Shown: piece by piece, positions 37,803 to 47,949 of the stretch
Layout of the letters: each line of letters opens with the position of its first letter
How positions within the stretch are numbered: the first letter of the stretch is position 1
Translations under genes and position numbers: made by a program
The notes under the pieces: model-generated
The model's database searches: none
Seen by the model: the letters and a program-made list of their open reading frames with translations, nothing else
What the model was told of the DNA's origin: nothing
NCBI GenBank assembly: GCA_964351495.1
Contig: CAYGOC010000012.1
Location: 823 to 64,822 of the forward strand
Direction of reading: 5' to 3'
Length of the DNA: 64,000 nucleotides
Origin: an uncultured bacterium
GTDB taxonomy: Bacteria > Chlamydiota > Chlamydiia > Chlamydiales > SM23-39

Positions 37803-38783
37803 ATGAAAAGTAAAAATCAGATATTAAATCAAAAGGTTTCCGAAGTTGCCTCTAAAGAACACGCTTCTTTACAGATGGAAGATACGGTCTTTGAAGCTTT
37901 GGAAAAGTTACGGAAAGAAAAGTTGTCCGATAAGATCGTCTATTTTTACGTAGTAGATGAGGAAACGTTTTTAAAGGGTGTTGTCTCTACCAGAAAGCTT
38001 CTTTTAGCCAGCCCTGAAAGTAAAATTAAAGAAATTATGGAAAAGGCGGTGGTCCATATTATGGAGACACACACCTTAAAGCAGGCCTTAGAGACGTTTG
38101 CCATGCACAGACTCTTAGCTCTTCCGGTTATCGATTCTGAAGGAAAACTTTTAGGGGTAGTAGATGTAGAGCTTTATATGGAAGAAAACTTCAATGTGGG
38201 GAACTCTTCTCATATGAAAGATGTATTTCAACTTTTAGGTCTTACCTTAGAAGAAAGAGCCTCAACCTGGAGGAGCTATAAACTAAGAATGCCTTGGCTC
38301 TTCTGTAATATGGTAGGAGGCTTTTTTTGCGCGATCATATCAAGAGTTCACGAACAGGTAATTAGTCGCTTTCTAGTATTGGCTATGTTTATTCCCTTGG
38401 TTTTGACTCTTTCTGAGTCTGTTTCTATGCAATCTATGACACAAAGCTTGCAGTTTTTAAGAAAGGCAAAGATCTCTTTTTCTTTTGCTTTCAAAAAAAT
38501 TATAAAAGAATGGAAGACGGTAGGGTTTTTATCTCTTACAGCGGGGCTTTTTGTAGGAATTGTCTCTCTTTTTTGGCAGGAAGGAGGCTTAGCTTCTGCC
38601 ACTATCGGAATTGGAATTTTTGTTTCGGTAATTCTCTCTTCTTCTTTTGGAACGTTTATTCCCATTGTTTTACACGCATTAAAGCTAGATCCTAAAGTAG
38701 CCTCAGGGCCTGTTGTTTTGATGTTTGCAGACGTTTTAACAACCCTTTTCTACTTGACGTTAGCCTCTTACTGGCTACTTTAA
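37803..38783 (+). CDS. mgtE: MgtE-family magnesium transporter (CBS pair plus TM domain)
   Basis: CBS repeats, RMPWL, FIPLV, LDPKVASGP...D; lacks the N-terminal MgtE_N domain. Confidence 0.85.
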   Translation: MKSKNQILNQKVSEVASKEHASLQMEDTVFEALEKLRKEKLSDKIVYFYVVDEETFLKGVVSTRKLLLASPESKIKEIMEKAVVHIMETHTLKQALETFAMHRLLALPVIDSEGKLLGVVDVELYMEENFNVGNSSHMKDVFQLLGLTLEERASTWRSYKLRMPWLFCNMVGGFFCAIISRVHEQVISRFLVLAMFIPLVLTLSESVSMQSMTQSLQFLRKAKISFSFAFKKIIKEWKTVGFLSLTAGLFVGIVSLFWQEGGLASATIGIGIFVSVILSSSFGTFIPIVLHALKLDPKVASGPVVLMFADVLTTLFYLTLASYWLL

Positions 38784-40199
38784 GGGTATTTCCGTTTTTG
38801 ATACCTTCCAACTTTCTTTTTTCTTTTCAAAGATAATTAAAGGAACTAAGACAAAAAGAAAAGACCCTCCCAAAAGAAAAAGCTCATATTGAAGAAGACT
38901 TCCTGTATTAATCTGCTCAGGAGGAACAAACCCTAGGAAAAAAACAAAAATGCAAGAAAAAAGTCCCGCTAAACAGGTAATCCACATGCCTATATTATTT
39001 TTTCCCGGAATTCTATACGCTCTTTTTACCTCAGGTTTTTTATAGCGGAGTTTAATGGCAGAGACGAAAATAATTGCATACAGGATGAGATAGAGTTGTA
39101 CCGTCAAATTGACCAATATCCAATAAGAGCTACTCACATCAGGCATTAAAAGAAAAGCAAGGGAAAGGACTGTTACAAAAGCAGCTTGTACAATCATCAA
39201 AGCGGTCGGCATGCCATATTTATTTACCTTTTGAAAAACAGGGGGCAAGTCTCCATCCAAAGCAGAAGCTAAAATTCCCTTTGTAGGTCCCACTACCCAA
39301 GTGCTCATCATAGAAAAAGCCCCTAAAGCCATGACTACGGCAATAAAAGGAATGGCCCAAGAAAACCCATATTGTTTTAAAAAAAGAGAAAAAGCCTCCA
39401 TAGATCCCCCTACTAAACTGATCTGTTTAAAAGGGACTACAATAGCTACGGCTAAAGATCCTAAAGAAGATAAAACCAAAATCAGAAAAGCAGAGATAAA
39501 AATAGATTTAGGATAATCCTTCTGGGGGTTTTTCACCTCTAAAGCATGTACGGAAGACATCTCCATTCCTGCTAAAGAAAGAAGAATCCCGGAAAAAATA
39601 ACCAGCTGATTTAAGGAAGTCAAATCGGGAAAAAAAGCGTTCCACGTAATAGGAGTCTCAGAAGGGTTTCCTTGAAAGTACCACAAAAATCCTAAAAAAA
39701 TAATTAAAGCGCCGGGAACCAGCGTTCCTACCAAGGCTCCTATAGTAGAGATCCAACCGGACAAAGTCATTCCAAATAAATTGATGATGGTAACTACCCA
39801 AAAAGAGCCCAAAATAACGGTTAGGATATAAGAGGTGTTAGAGGCAAGCTCCGGATTAAATATATAAGCTATGGTAGCAGCCATAAAAGAAAGTATCGTT
39901 GGATACCAAATAACGTTATTAGCCCATTGTAAACATATCGCCAAAAAGCCCATTTTTTCCCCTAGAGCCTCTTTTACCCATACGTAAATTCCCCTTTGGG
40001 GCCAACCCGTCGCCAGCTCTGCTGACACCAAAGATACAGGAATAAAATAGACCAAAGCCGCCAATAGAAAAAAGAAAAGAGAAGAGAGACCGTATAAAGA
40101 GGAAAGAGGAAAATTTTTTATATTACAAATGGCCGTTATGTTGATCATGGTAAGCATGAAAACGGAAATAGTTCTTTTTTGAGGGGAAGACTGTGACAT
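38775..40199 (-). CDS. APC-family amino acid permease/antiporter (GadC/XasA-like)
   Basis: SAELATGWP, GIYVWV, AGMEM, NPQKDYP; about 12 TM segments. Confidence 0.9.
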   Translation of the reverse strand: MSQSSPQKRTISVFMLTMINITAICNIKNFPLSSLYGLSSLFFFLLAALVYFIPVSLVSAELATGWPQRGIYVWVKEALGEKMGFLAICLQWANNVIWYPTILSFMAATIAYIFNPELASNTSYILTVILGSFWVVTIINLFGMTLSGWISTIGALVGTLVPGALIIFLGFLWYFQGNPSETPITWNAFFPDLTSLNQLVIFSGILLSLAGMEMSSVHALEVKNPQKDYPKSIFISAFLILVLSSLGSLAVAIVVPFKQISLVGGSMEAFSLFLKQYGFSWAIPFIAVVMALGAFSMMSTWVVGPTKGILASALDGDLPPVFQKVNKYGMPTALMIVQAAFVTVLSLAFLLMPDVSSSYWILVNLTVQLYLILYAIIFVSAIKLRYKKPEVKRAYRIPGKNNIGMWITCLAGLFSCIFVFFLGFVPPEQINTGSLLQYELFLLGGSFLFVLVPLIIFEKKKESWKVSKTEIPLK

Positions 40200-40338
40200 G
40201 ATTTTTTTTGGTTTTTACAGATTTAACTAATACTTGAGCCCTACAGTATATACAAAAGAAAAATTATTGGCACAAAAAAGAAAAAACTCACTCTCTTTTA
40301 TTTTCTCGAAAAACGTTTTGTTCTAGAATAGCATCCTT

Positions 40339-41682
40339 ATGAGAGAAAGAGAGACGTGGAAGTCTAGAACCGGTTTTATTTTAGCAGCTTTAGGCTCTGC
40401 CGTAGGCTTGGGGAGTATCTGGCGTTTTCCCTATATGGTGGGAGAAAACGGGGGTAGTGCTTTCATTTTTTTATACCTTCTATTTTTAGCTCTTATGGGC
40501 CTTCCTGTTCTTTTAAGTGAGATTGCCATTGGGAAAAAAGCCCAAAAAAATCCTTTTGGCGCTATGAAGAGCGCTTTGGGGAAAAGGGGAGGGTTTTTAG
40601 GGAAAATGTTGATTATAACAGGGCTTCTTATTAGCTCTTTTTATAGTGTAATAGCAGGTTGGACAGTAAGCTATTTTTTTTCTTCTCTTTCAGGAAAAGT
40701 TTCTCTTTTACAAACCTCTTCTAAAACAGCCTTTTTTTTCTCCTCCGTTTCTACCTCTTTTTCTTACTCCCTTTTGTCACATGCCTTTTTCTTGAGTCTT
40801 TGTCTTTGGATTTTAATTTCCGGAGTAAAAAAGGGGATTGAAGCTAAAAGTAAGATCTTGATGCCTCTTTTGTTTTTAGTACTTCTTTTCTTAAGCGTAT
40901 ATGCGCTTTTTCTGCCAGGAGGGACTAAAGGACTTTCATTTTTATTTTCTTTTGATCTCTCTAAGGTAACCCCTACTGTATGGGTAGCGGCTTTAGGACA
41001 GGCTTTTTTTACTTTAAGCTTGGGCCAAGGTACTATGATAACGTATGGAAGTTATCTTCCTAAAAAAGAAGAGATTGTAAAAAGCTGTATCCCGGTTGTT
41101 CTTTTAAATCTATTTTTATCACTTGTTGTGGGAATTGCTGTATATGGGATCGTGTTTTCTTTTCCTATAGAAGTGGACAAAGGCCCTTCTCTTATTTTTG
41201 AAACCTTGCCTTTGGTCTTTTCTTCTCTTCCCTTTGGCTCTGTTTTCTCCTCTCTTTTCTTTTTTTTGGTAGTAATAGCGGCCCTTACTTCAGAGATTTC
41301 TGCTTTAGAACCTGCTATTTCTTACCTAGTAGATGAAAAAGGGTTTTCTAGAAAAAGGGCTAGTGTATATGTGGTAGCCCTTGCCTTTGTTTTAGGGATT
41401 TTTTCTATACTTTCCTTTACTTCCTATAAATATAGCCTTTTTCAAGGGATATCTTTTTACGAGGCCATTTCCTATTTTAGTGTAAATATTTTGGTTCCTT
41501 TGGGAGGGCTTGTAGCTGTTTTGACAACAGGATGGAAATGGAAGAAAAAAATGCTTTTTCAAGAGCTTTCCTGCTCGGAAAAAAGCCTGTTTTCTTCTTT
41601 ACTTATCTTTTGTCTTCGCTACGTAACGCCTCTTTTGATTGTATACATATTTTTTGATTTGCTCTTTTCTTTTAATAGCTAA
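40339..41682 (+). CDS. Sodium-dependent transporter, NSS/SNF family
   Basis: GSAVGLGSIWRFPY, GQAFFTLSLG, TYGSY. Confidence 0.93.
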   Translation: MRERETWKSRTGFILAALGSAVGLGSIWRFPYMVGENGGSAFIFLYLLFLALMGLPVLLSEIAIGKKAQKNPFGAMKSALGKRGGFLGKMLIITGLLISSFYSVIAGWTVSYFFSSLSGKVSLLQTSSKTAFFFSSVSTSFSYSLLSHAFFLSLCLWILISGVKKGIEAKSKILMPLLFLVLLFLSVYALFLPGGTKGLSFLFSFDLSKVTPTVWVAALGQAFFTLSLGQGTMITYGSYLPKKEEIVKSCIPVVLLNLFLSLVVGIAVYGIVFSFPIEVDKGPSLIFETLPLVFSSLPFGSVFSSLFFFLVVIAALTSEISALEPAISYLVDEKGFSRKRASVYVVALAFVLGIFSILSFTSYKYSLFQGISFYEAISYFSVNILVPLGGLVAVLTTGWKWKKKMLFQELSCSEKSLFSSLLIFCLRYVTPLLIVYIFFDLLFSFNS

Positions 41683-41701
41683 CTGAATTAGGCTGTTAAA
41701 T

Positions 41702-41953
41702 ATGAGACTTGCTATAGAATTTGTTCTTCTCTCTTTGGCTACTTTGGGGCTTAACCTCCTAATGAAAAGGTTTGTTCTTGCCAAATGTAACAAAGTAACA
41801 AAAGCTATATTTGCCTTTATTTTAGCAGGGTTCATTCTGTTCCTTTTAAGTCCCTATCTTATAAAAAGCACGAACCCCGCCTGGCTGTTTTTCCCTATGC
41901 TTATTTTGCTCCTCGTAAGAGATCTAAAAGACTCTTTCCAGGAAGGAAAATAA
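41702..41953 (+). CDS. Small hypothetical membrane protein
   Basis: 83 aa with three hydrophobic segments. Confidence 0.55.
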   Translation: MRLAIEFVLLSLATLGLNLLMKRFVLAKCNKVTKAIFAFILAGFILFLLSPYLIKSTNPAWLFFPMLILLLVRDLKDSFQEGK

Positions 41954-41959
41954 AAGCTA

Positions 41960-42292
41960 TTAAATAGGGACAAACATTCTTTTTTTATAGCCTCCACAAC
42001 TGGGGCATTTTTCGTACAAAAGACTTTCTAAGAAAGGCCTTAGAGAAGAAAAACAAGAGGTAAATCTTATAAAGGGAACTTGCAGCTTTTCTCCAATGTA
42101 ACAAGCCGAAAGAAGAAGGGCGGAAAATAGCGTTGCCGGAACAGGTTTACAATAGATATAAGAAACAATCACGCTGCTGGCTAAAAGAGATATTTGCAAG
42201 GCTCTTTTAAATAAAAAAGGGATCTCTTCTTTTATTTCTAAAAATAGTTTTCTAAAATCAATTTCTGGACTTTCTGGATTAACGCGACTCAT
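41960..42292 (-). CDS. Hypothetical membrane protein with C-terminal CxxC
   Basis: AAGGAG RBS; overlaps upstream gene end. Confidence 0.6.
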   Translation of the reverse strand: MSRVNPESPEIDFRKLFLEIKEEIPFLFKRALQISLLASSVIVSYIYCKPVPATLFSALLLSACYIGEKLQVPFIRFTSCFSSLRPFLESLLYEKCPSCGGYKKRMFVPI

Positions 42293-42872
42293 AAAAATCT
42301 CCTTCTTGTTCTAACATAGCGTAAACAAATTTTTTACTTCGGGCATTGATCAGGATAAAATCTCCTCTTCTTAAAAAACTGGAATTGACTCCAATCAGTA
42401 AGGGATCGCCCGCCTTCCAGTCGGTGATTTCAGATCCGGGAAAAAAGCAGATGTTATAAATACTTCCCTCTTTTAAAGTCACAAGACCCGAGGATAGATC
42501 TACCTCCTTTATAGAAGAGCCTCTATTAAATCTAGGATCGGGCGCTAAAGAAAGCGCTACTTCTACAGTTTCATTTACAATCTTATTCTTCAAAGCATAC
42601 GGATAAGAAGAGTTCCAAGAGGTATTTTGTTGGATAAAAACAAGATCTTCTTTTTTCCATTTTCGAAGCCGTTTTTTTTCTTTGGGGTTTACTTCCCACA
42701 CAGATCCATCCTCTAAAAAGACAAGACCTCTGGAAGAAGAAAAATAGAGAACCTCATGCCAAACGCTAACAGGCCTTTCTGCATATAAAGAGAAAAACCT
42801 TTCTACCTTTTTTAAATAAGGAGAGGTAGCTAAAAGCATACAAGGGAAAAAAAGAAGCAAAAACCGTTTCAT
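42279..42872 (-). CDS. Exported hypothetical protein with internal two-fold repeat
   Basis: Signal peptide; GLVFLEDGSVW..WKKED and GLVTLKEGSIY..WKAGD repeats. Confidence 0.75.
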   Translation of the reverse strand: MKRFLLLFFPCMLLATSPYLKKVERFFSLYAERPVSVWHEVLYFSSSRGLVFLEDGSVWEVNPKEKKRLRKWKKEDLVFIQQNTSWNSSYPYALKNKIVNETVEVALSLAPDPRFNRGSSIKEVDLSSGLVTLKEGSIYNICFFPGSEITDWKAGDPLLIGVNSSFLRRGDFILINARSKKFVYAMLEQEGDFYESR

Positions 42873-43038
42873 AAAAATTCCTTAAAGAAATGATTAACTT
42901 TGCAAAAAGGCTACAGCGTAACTTTGATTTTTATCAAGAAAAAATTTTTATTGGCAAAAAGGGGTGTTTATATAGAGGGTTTTCTTTAGAAATAAACCTG
43001 TACTCCTGATAGTCTTGGGATGTTTTTTAAGGAAGCAG

Positions 43039-44274
43039 ATGATCTATTTTTTTGTAGGGATACTTCTTTTTTTTACTCCCTTTTTAGAAGCTAAAGAAAA
43101 CGCTTTAGTAGGTACTTCTGCAAAAAACAGTTCTATAACAAAGCGTTTTCTAACCAAATCTTCTATAGAAGAGATAGAGCAGTACCTATTAGAAAATGAT
43201 AGATTAGATATGGCTCCTTTTAAAGAGCTTTTCAAAGAAGCTATAGAGAAAGAAACGGGGGGTTTTTTTGGGTACCATGCAACCACCATGAAGCACTGGG
43301 TCTTTAATGAAATCATTAAACAAGTTTTAACCCTTAAAGGATACCCTCCTATTCGGGATGATATGTACTTTTTACGAGCACCGCAAGAATATGATGAAGA
43401 TATTGTAGATGTGAAAACTTTTCTATCAAAATGTTTGCAAGGTAGAAATAGGGCTAGCATCATTGAAAAAAAAGAGTTTATTTCTACAGGCTTTTTGAAA
43501 ATTCTAGGTAAAAAGGATCTTTTTTATACTAAAGAGCAGATAGATAAGGTGTTTAAAGCACTTTTAGCTTTTTCCCCTTTTCCTTCAGATTTAAGTAAGG
43601 AGGAAGCAAAGTTATGCTTACTAGATTTTGTAGGAGAGGAGGCCTATCAACTCTGGTTAAGTAGACGTTTTGACTATGATTTTTATAGGGTCTTTTTAGA
43701 GTCTTTAGATATAGATGTCTTGCTACGCTATAGCGCTCTCTATTCTCCTATAGCAGATACAATACCTTGGCAGCAAAAGCTTCTTGTTTCTGTAAACATT
43801 CCTCTTTTTGCCAATTTTACGATTCCTACAGAAAGCACCATTCATGTTTTTATGAAAGGACAGTCTATTGATGAAACTGCCGGGGAGATTTTAGAAGAGG
43901 AAACGGAAAAGTTTTTGCAAATACATGGATTTCCCAAAGAGCTAGGAAAAGAAATTTTCGAAGAGGCCCAAAAGATTACTAACCTACAAAAGGGCATTTT
44001 ATTACAGTTTTTTGATGATTCAGAGTATTCCCATTTAGATCAGCTTTCTTTTATTTGTATGGGATTTAATTCTTTTTCCTTGGAGAAAAGGGTCTCTAGT
44101 TATATAGCCCAGTTTGACCCCGATACAAATATAGGGCAGATACGGCTTCTTATAACAAAAGAGCTTTTAGATCCTACTACTAGTTGGCTTATAGTTAAAC
44201 AGTACGACTTAAGTGAACCTAAGAAAAAAGAAGAGGTTAAAAGGGTTATTAGGCAAAAATTAAATAGAGCGTAA
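43039..44274 (+). CDS. Exported hypothetical protein
   Basis: Signal-peptide-like MIYFFVGILLFFTPFLEA; long ORF. Confidence 0.78.
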   Translation: MIYFFVGILLFFTPFLEAKENALVGTSAKNSSITKRFLTKSSIEEIEQYLLENDRLDMAPFKELFKEAIEKETGGFFGYHATTMKHWVFNEIIKQVLTLKGYPPIRDDMYFLRAPQEYDEDIVDVKTFLSKCLQGRNRASIIEKKEFISTGFLKILGKKDLFYTKEQIDKVFKALLAFSPFPSDLSKEEAKLCLLDFVGEEAYQLWLSRRFDYDFYRVFLESLDIDVLLRYSALYSPIADTIPWQQKLLVSVNIPLFANFTIPTESTIHVFMKGQSIDETAGEILEEETEKFLQIHGFPKELGKEIFEEAQKITNLQKGILLQFFDDSEYSHLDQLSFICMGFNSFSLEKRVSSYIAQFDPDTNIGQIRLLITKELLDPTTSWLIVKQYDLSEPKKKEEVKRVIRQKLNRA

Positions 44275-44330
44275 AAGTCCTCTACCGGGCTTTTCTTTTT
44301 TATTCAGGGTGGATTAGAATCTGGGACGTG

Positions 44331-44807
44331 ATGCGAAAAACTCTTCTCTTTCTTTGTTCTTGTTTCTTTCTATCTGCACAAGAGAGCCCATCTCACCTCT
44401 CTTTTAGGGGAGGAGTTTTTGAGATAGTCCGTCACAACAAGCATCAGACAGAAGAGTTTGGTGTGGAATATAGACCCTCTTTGAACTGGTATACCCTTCG
44501 TCCCTTAATGGGCTTTATGTTTACCGTAAATGGCTCTACCTACCTATACGGGGGAGTAGCTTTCGAGTGGCTCGCAAAGAAACGGGTTCTTTTTGCTCCC
44601 AGCTTTGCTTTGGGGTGGTATAGGCCCGGAGGAGGAAAAAACCTCCATTTCCCCTTGGAGTTTCGGTCCGGTTTTGAGATGGCTTGGCAATTTCGCTCTA
44701 AAGCTAGGATAGGAGCCCAGTTTTATCATATCTCTAATGCTTCTTTAGGTAAGAAAAACCCAGGAGAAGAATCTCTTGTGTTTTTTATTAGCGTTCCTTT
44801 AAATTAA
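44331..44807 (+). CDS. Lipid A 3-O-deacylase (PagL)/acyloxyacyl hydrolase family beta-barrel
   Basis: Signal peptide, alternating beta strands, C-terminal HISNA...NPGEE motif. Confidence 0.82.
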   Translation: MRKTLLFLCSCFFLSAQESPSHLSFRGGVFEIVRHNKHQTEEFGVEYRPSLNWYTLRPLMGFMFTVNGSTYLYGGVAFEWLAKKRVLFAPSFALGWYRPGGGKNLHFPLEFRSGFEMAWQFRSKARIGAQFYHISNASLGKKNPGEESLVFFISVPLN

Positions 44808-44902
44808 TTTGATTTTTTTATAATAAAGTAAAACTGATGGAAATTTTTACTTAAAATTAAAAACTGTTTTGTGTAATTTAATAATTAAACATAGGAACAG
44901 TT

Positions 44903-45871
44903 TTGAGTACCGAGCTCCCTTTTAATCCTTTCCCATTTTTGGTGGGATCTCATAGACAAACGATTTTGGGCTCTTTTTTTACCTGGAAAAGGGGGGTCCG
45001 CTCTAAAACCCACCTTGTAGATCTTCCTGATAAAGATCAGCTAGCTATAGAAGTGGCGATTCCTAAAAAGTGGAAAGAAAAAGATCCTGTAGTGGTCATG
45101 GTACACGGCCTTTGTGGCTCGCACAACTCCCCTTATCTAGTAAGGCTGAGTAAGAAGCTATATAAGACAGGGGTAGCTTCCGTAAGGGTTAACTTGAGGG
45201 GGTGTGGCTCCGGAAGAGGTAGGGCTAAACAGATTTACCATAGTGGAAGATCGGAAGATGTTTTAGAGGTTTTAAAGTATATAAAAGAGTTAATGCCAAG
45301 CTCCCCCGTAACTCTCATGGGTTTTTCTATGGGAGGAAATATAGTCTTAAAACTAGCAGGAGAATTAGGGCCTTTAGGAAGAGAATACTTAAGTAGGGTT
45401 ATCTCTCTTTCTCCTCCTACAGATCTTTATGCGAGTATTCAGCTTCTAGGGACAGAACAGAACCGATTTTATGAGAGATATTTTTTACGTCTTCTCAAAG
45501 CTACTGTTCGCTATCGAGAGAAAAAATTCCCCGACGTTCCCAGGATAGACTTTCCAAGAGATATGAATCTTATGGTTTTTGATGAGATTTATACAGCCCC
45601 TCAAGGGGGCTTTAAAAGTGCTATGGATTACTACGAAAGAGCCAGCTCTGTATGGGTTATTCCTGAGATAGAGATCCCTTGTTATATTTTGTTTGCTGAA
45701 GATGACCCTATTATTTCCTCTACCTCTTTAGATGGAATAAAGCTTCCTCAGAATATACAGGTATTTAAAACCAAGCACGGGGGACACTTAGGATTTTTGG
45801 GAAGTCCATTGAAAGGGCGATTTCATTGGATGGATGAGGTTCTTTTGAAGTGGGCCTTGGAAAACGATTAG
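44903..45871 (+). CDS. Alpha/beta hydrolase, YheT family
   Basis: HRQTI, HGLCGS, GFSMGGN, DDP, GGHLGF. Confidence 0.9.
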   Translation: MSTELPFNPFPFLVGSHRQTILGSFFTWKRGVRSKTHLVDLPDKDQLAIEVAIPKKWKEKDPVVVMVHGLCGSHNSPYLVRLSKKLYKTGVASVRVNLRGCGSGRGRAKQIYHSGRSEDVLEVLKYIKELMPSSPVTLMGFSMGGNIVLKLAGELGPLGREYLSRVISLSPPTDLYASIQLLGTEQNRFYERYFLRLLKATVRYREKKFPDVPRIDFPRDMNLMVFDEIYTAPQGGFKSAMDYYERASSVWVIPEIEIPCYILFAEDDPIISSTSLDGIKLPQNIQVFKTKHGGHLGFLGSPLKGRFHWMDEVLLKWALEND

Positions 45872-47379
45872 TTTGTCTCTGCTTCCGCTTCAGCGGGAGC
45901 ATCTTCTTCTTCTTTTTCTGAAAACTGCTTATTTAAAGTTCTTACAGAATAAACCCAAAACGCTACCGTAACAGCTACAAAAGGAATTAAAAGGGAAGTA
46001 ATGGATAAAACCGATCCTGTACTAGATAGGGTAATTAAAACAACCTGAATCCAGGAAGAGCCCGACTTTCCAAGCCGAGATCCTACCACATCTACCGCTG
46101 CTTTACCTTTTACTTTAGATTCATGGTCTAAAGGAATAAAGGCCATCTCTTTAGTAGGGTCAAAAAAGCAGTGCTTCATCACCTTGCTAATTACATTTTG
46201 AAAGGCTCCGAAAAAGACAATCAAGGCCAATGGGGTGATACTTAAGTAGGTGCTTAAAAAGCCTAAGCGCTCTTGAAAAAGGAGTAACATTAAAAATAAA
46301 AATCCTGTTCCTCCTACTATAATCGGAGTTATTTGAGCACTAAAGTGCCAGCCCAAGATCCGGATTATATTCCCACTTAAAAAGAAGGCTGTAATTAAAG
46401 AGGCAAGTCCTGTGATGGAGATGATTTTCCCAAAAAAGGCCTGGTACTCGTAAGGAGTAGGGTAAGCAAGGCGTAAGTTTGCCTTCCAGCTAACTTCAAT
46501 TAGATTAATAGCAAGACCATACCCTATTACCATCATGGCAAGACATTTTAAAGGCTTGGAAGAAATAATTTTTTTGAGCGCTTGCCCCAGTGATAAGGTG
46601 GTTTTTTTCTCCATTGCAAAAGAGTCTTTAGGAGGAAGGTATTGGGGATTACTCAGTACATTTTTAGTAAGCCAGTAATGTAAAAGCATGGTGATAATGC
46701 CAAATAGCACCACACAACAGATCTGCCACTGAAGGGCATAACAAAAATCAGAAGAGCCATATTTTCTGGCAAAAAACGCAACTAAAGGACCTGTTAAAAT
46801 GGCAGCAGCATCTCCGGCTGCTATGAACAGAGTATAGTAACGCTTCGCTTCTTTTATGGAGTTAATCTGGTTTGCAAACCCCCAAAAAAGGAGAAAAAAT
46901 CCAATCCCTCCCCAAAGCTCTGAGGTTACAAAGAAAAGAGTCTGCATCCAGTTTCGGTAGATAGCAATCCAGTTTTGGTACTTTACTCCTACCTTAGTCA
47001 AAAGCCAGTCAGAGGTTAGGCTGGGAGATAGCAGCTCTTTATTTGGGTATAAAACAAAAGCATACAGTAAAAAGAAAAGTAGAAAAAAGCTTAAAATCCC
47101 GTAAAAAAGAGTAGACCTACGGAACAAGTTGGATAGCTTGGAATAAAAGGCTGTTGCCAAAAAGGCAATAGGGAGAACTACCCATCCTTTTAAGATAGGA
47201 ATTACCTCTGCACCAGAGCCTTTTTCTGTAATTATGAAGGTGTCTTTCAAGGAGAGCAAGATGCTAAAATTGAAAGAAATAAAAAACTTCATGAAAAGAA
47301 GCGGAACAAACTTGCGCAGTTCAAAACCATGAACGGGCCACAGCCTTTTACGCCACTTACTGAAGGGAGGTGTTTCCAT
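45868..47379 (-). CDS. NTT-family nucleotide transporter (ATP/ADP translocase family)
   Basis: ELWG, FWGFANQI, EAKRYY, FDPTKEMAFIPLD, KGKAAVDV..RLGKSG. Confidence 0.95.
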   Translation of the reverse strand: METPPFSKWRKRLWPVHGFELRKFVPLLFMKFFISFNFSILLSLKDTFIITEKGSGAEVIPILKGWVVLPIAFLATAFYSKLSNLFRRSTLFYGILSFFLLFFLLYAFVLYPNKELLSPSLTSDWLLTKVGVKYQNWIAIYRNWMQTLFFVTSELWGGIGFFLLFWGFANQINSIKEAKRYYTLFIAAGDAAAILTGPLVAFFARKYGSSDFCYALQWQICCVVLFGIITMLLHYWLTKNVLSNPQYLPPKDSFAMEKKTTLSLGQALKKIISSKPLKCLAMMVIGYGLAINLIEVSWKANLRLAYPTPYEYQAFFGKIISITGLASLITAFFLSGNIIRILGWHFSAQITPIIVGGTGFLFLMLLLFQERLGFLSTYLSITPLALIVFFGAFQNVISKVMKHCFFDPTKEMAFIPLDHESKVKGKAAVDVVGSRLGKSGSSWIQVVLITLSSTGSVLSITSLLIPFVAVTVAFWVYSVRTLNKQFSEKEEEDAPAEAEAETN

Positions 47380-47538
47380 AAAAAATTACTTTTAAACTAA
47401 ACCACCCATCAGATTGTATCATAGAAAGAGATATTTAAATAAGGTAAAGTTTTGAGAAGCCCCCCCTTTGAGGAAATATTTGACAATTATATAGAATAGA
47501 TTCTTTAATTAGGCAAATATAGAGAATGAGAGGGGACC

Positions 47539-47949
47539 ATGGTTAGGAAAAAGGCAGTCAGAAAGAAAAAAAGCGAAGCCGGATCTATAAAGAAAAAATT
47601 GAAAGGGATAGTAGGAAAGATTTTAACGCGTGTCTCTAAAATGAAAGAAAAGCAGAAACAGAGCCTAGAGAAGATAGCAGTCGCGAATAAAAAACATACC
47701 TCAGCAAAAGATCCGTCTAAAAAACTCTCCCACCTTTTTGATGTAGAAGCGCTTAAAATTCACTCTTTCCGGGTTTTAGAACCTGATATTAAGGCCATCG
47801 TTCCTTTGATGAACCAAGCCTATGGACTATCGTCTGAGGTAGGGGGTAAGGTAAAAAGCGACTACCAAGCTCTTTGTAAGCATTTAAACCAAGGCTTTAA
47901 TCTAGCCCTTTTAGAAAAAGATTTAAAAAAGCTAAACCAGGCTCTTTAA
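47539..47949 (+). CDS. Hypothetical Lys-rich protein
   Basis: GAGGGG RBS; very basic N-terminus. Confidence 0.68.
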   Translation: MVRKKAVRKKKSEAGSIKKKLKGIVGKILTRVSKMKEKQKQSLEKIAVANKKHTSAKDPSKKLSHLFDVEALKIHSFRVLEPDIKAIVPLMNQAYGLSSEVGGKVKSDYQALCKHLNQGFNLALLEKDLKKLNQAL

